Shown: positions 63,699 to 64,000 of the stretch, piece after piece
How the letters are laid out: every line of letters starts with the position of its first letter
How positions within the stretch are numbered: the first letter of the stretch is position 1
Origin: Ruminococcus sp.
GTDB taxonomy: Bacteria; Bacillota; Clostridia; Oscillospirales; Ruminococcaceae
Reading direction: 5' to 3' (one strand)
Length of the DNA stretch: 64,000 nucleotides
NCBI RefSeq assembly: GCF_022768805.1
Contig: NZ_JALELB010000028.1
Position numbers and translations under genes: made by a program
Notes under the pieces: generated by a model
The model's database searches: none
Seen by the model: the letters and a program-made list of their open reading frames with translations, nothing else
What the model was told of the DNA's origin: nothing

Positions 63699-63785
63699 TA
63701 TGACATACCCTTGTACATCTATGATTGTAGCGCAATATTTCGGGCTTGTCAAGAGATTTGACGTATCTTTTCAGGGTATGTCATA
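63699..63785. promoter_or_regulatory. 13-bp perfect inverted repeat pair flanking the int upstream region
   Basis: TATGACATACCCT (63699-63711) and AGGGTATGTCATA (63773-63785), separated by 61 nt. Confidence 0.5.
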
Positions 63786-63812
63786 AAGTTTCATCTTTTG
63801 TTCTGTTTTATA

Positions 63813-63998
63813 TTATTCCAGTCCCCACGATTTTTTCTTTCTGGTGGTGGACTGCTGCTGTACTTCCTGTTCACGCTGACTGTGAACATACTCCTGTGCC
63901 TGTCTGACCTCAGCATACTTTTGCGGCTCTAAGCGTTTCAGCAGGATCATAAATTCTGTCAGGTCATCGACCTCAGCTGACAGTTCAGCATTATCACG
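63813..63998 (-). CDS. hypothetical protein of the integrated element, C-terminal fragment (5' end beyond the window)
   Basis: My reverse-strand translation gives ...RDNAELSAEVDDLTEFMILLKRLEPQKYAEVRQAQEYVHSQREQEVQQQSTTRKKKSWGLE, with the stop at 63815-63813. I recognise no family. Confidence 0.4.
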   Translation of the reverse strand, partial: RDNAELSAEVDDLTEFMILLKRLEPQKYAEVRQAQEYVHSQREQEVQQQSTTRKKKSWGLE

Positions 63999-64000
63999 AC

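Larger units (their letters stand above)
62383..64000. mobile_element. integrase-proximal end of an integrated element (prophage, ICE or IME) inserted next to tRNA-Glu; continues beyond the window
   Basis: The integrase reads towards the tRNA 3' end, 117 nt away. The sequence to the right of the tRNAs is visibly more AT-rich than the core genes. Confidence 0.65.

Noticed and set aside
1-64000. CRISPR arrays, rRNA genes, IS elements or transposases, toxin-antitoxin pairs and known defence-system genes
   Set aside because: I saw no regularly spaced repeats, no rRNA-like sequence, no transposase-like ORFs and no recognisable defence genes. Apart from the right-hand integrase end, the window is core-genome-like.

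Overview
This 64 kb window is a chromosomal segment from a moderately high-GC, endospore-forming, Clostridia-type Firmicute. The evidence is a complete spoIIIAA-AH operon and the Bacillus/Clostridium-type block asp23-nusB-xseA-xseB-ispA-dxs-tlyA-nadK-argR-recN. A dockerin-bearing secreted protein suggests a cellulosome- or amylosome-type Oscillospiraceae/Ruminococcus-like host, but that is inference only. Almost all genes are housekeeping and most are on the minus strand. From left to right the window contains: a GH3 fragment, a lipoprotein, AraC plus an MGMT-domain gene, rex-lysR plus an Fe-alcohol dehydrogenase, an ArsR/HMA/P-type ATPase metal module, an orphan ECF sigma factor, the recN-to-spoIIIA block, an amidase, a double zinc-ribbon membrane protein, pgk-tpiA-gpmI, a transglutaminase-dockerin protein, degV and trmL, a GntR-ABC-CPBP module, ruvX, a PyrR-attenuated pyr/car operon, trmB, a nine-gene pur operon, GT2, flavin reductase and radical-SAM genes, a tRNA-Met/tRNA-Glu pair, and the integrase end of an integrated element that runs off the right edge. 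I found no CRISPR array, rRNA, transposase or recognisable defence system. The observations most worth follow-up are: (1) a PurF paralogue that lacks the catalytic Cys and sits next to the canonical purF; (2) the GntR/ABC/internally duplicated permease/CPBP protease operon; (3) a shared 9-6-9 dyad at the rex-lysR and adh promoters that is not a canonical Rex box; (4) the tRNA-Glu-adjacent integrase island, whose cargo lies outside the window; (5) a split PurH (archaeal-type IMP cyclohydrolase plus an AICARFT-only protein). All homology calls come from reading the translations; no database search was run.
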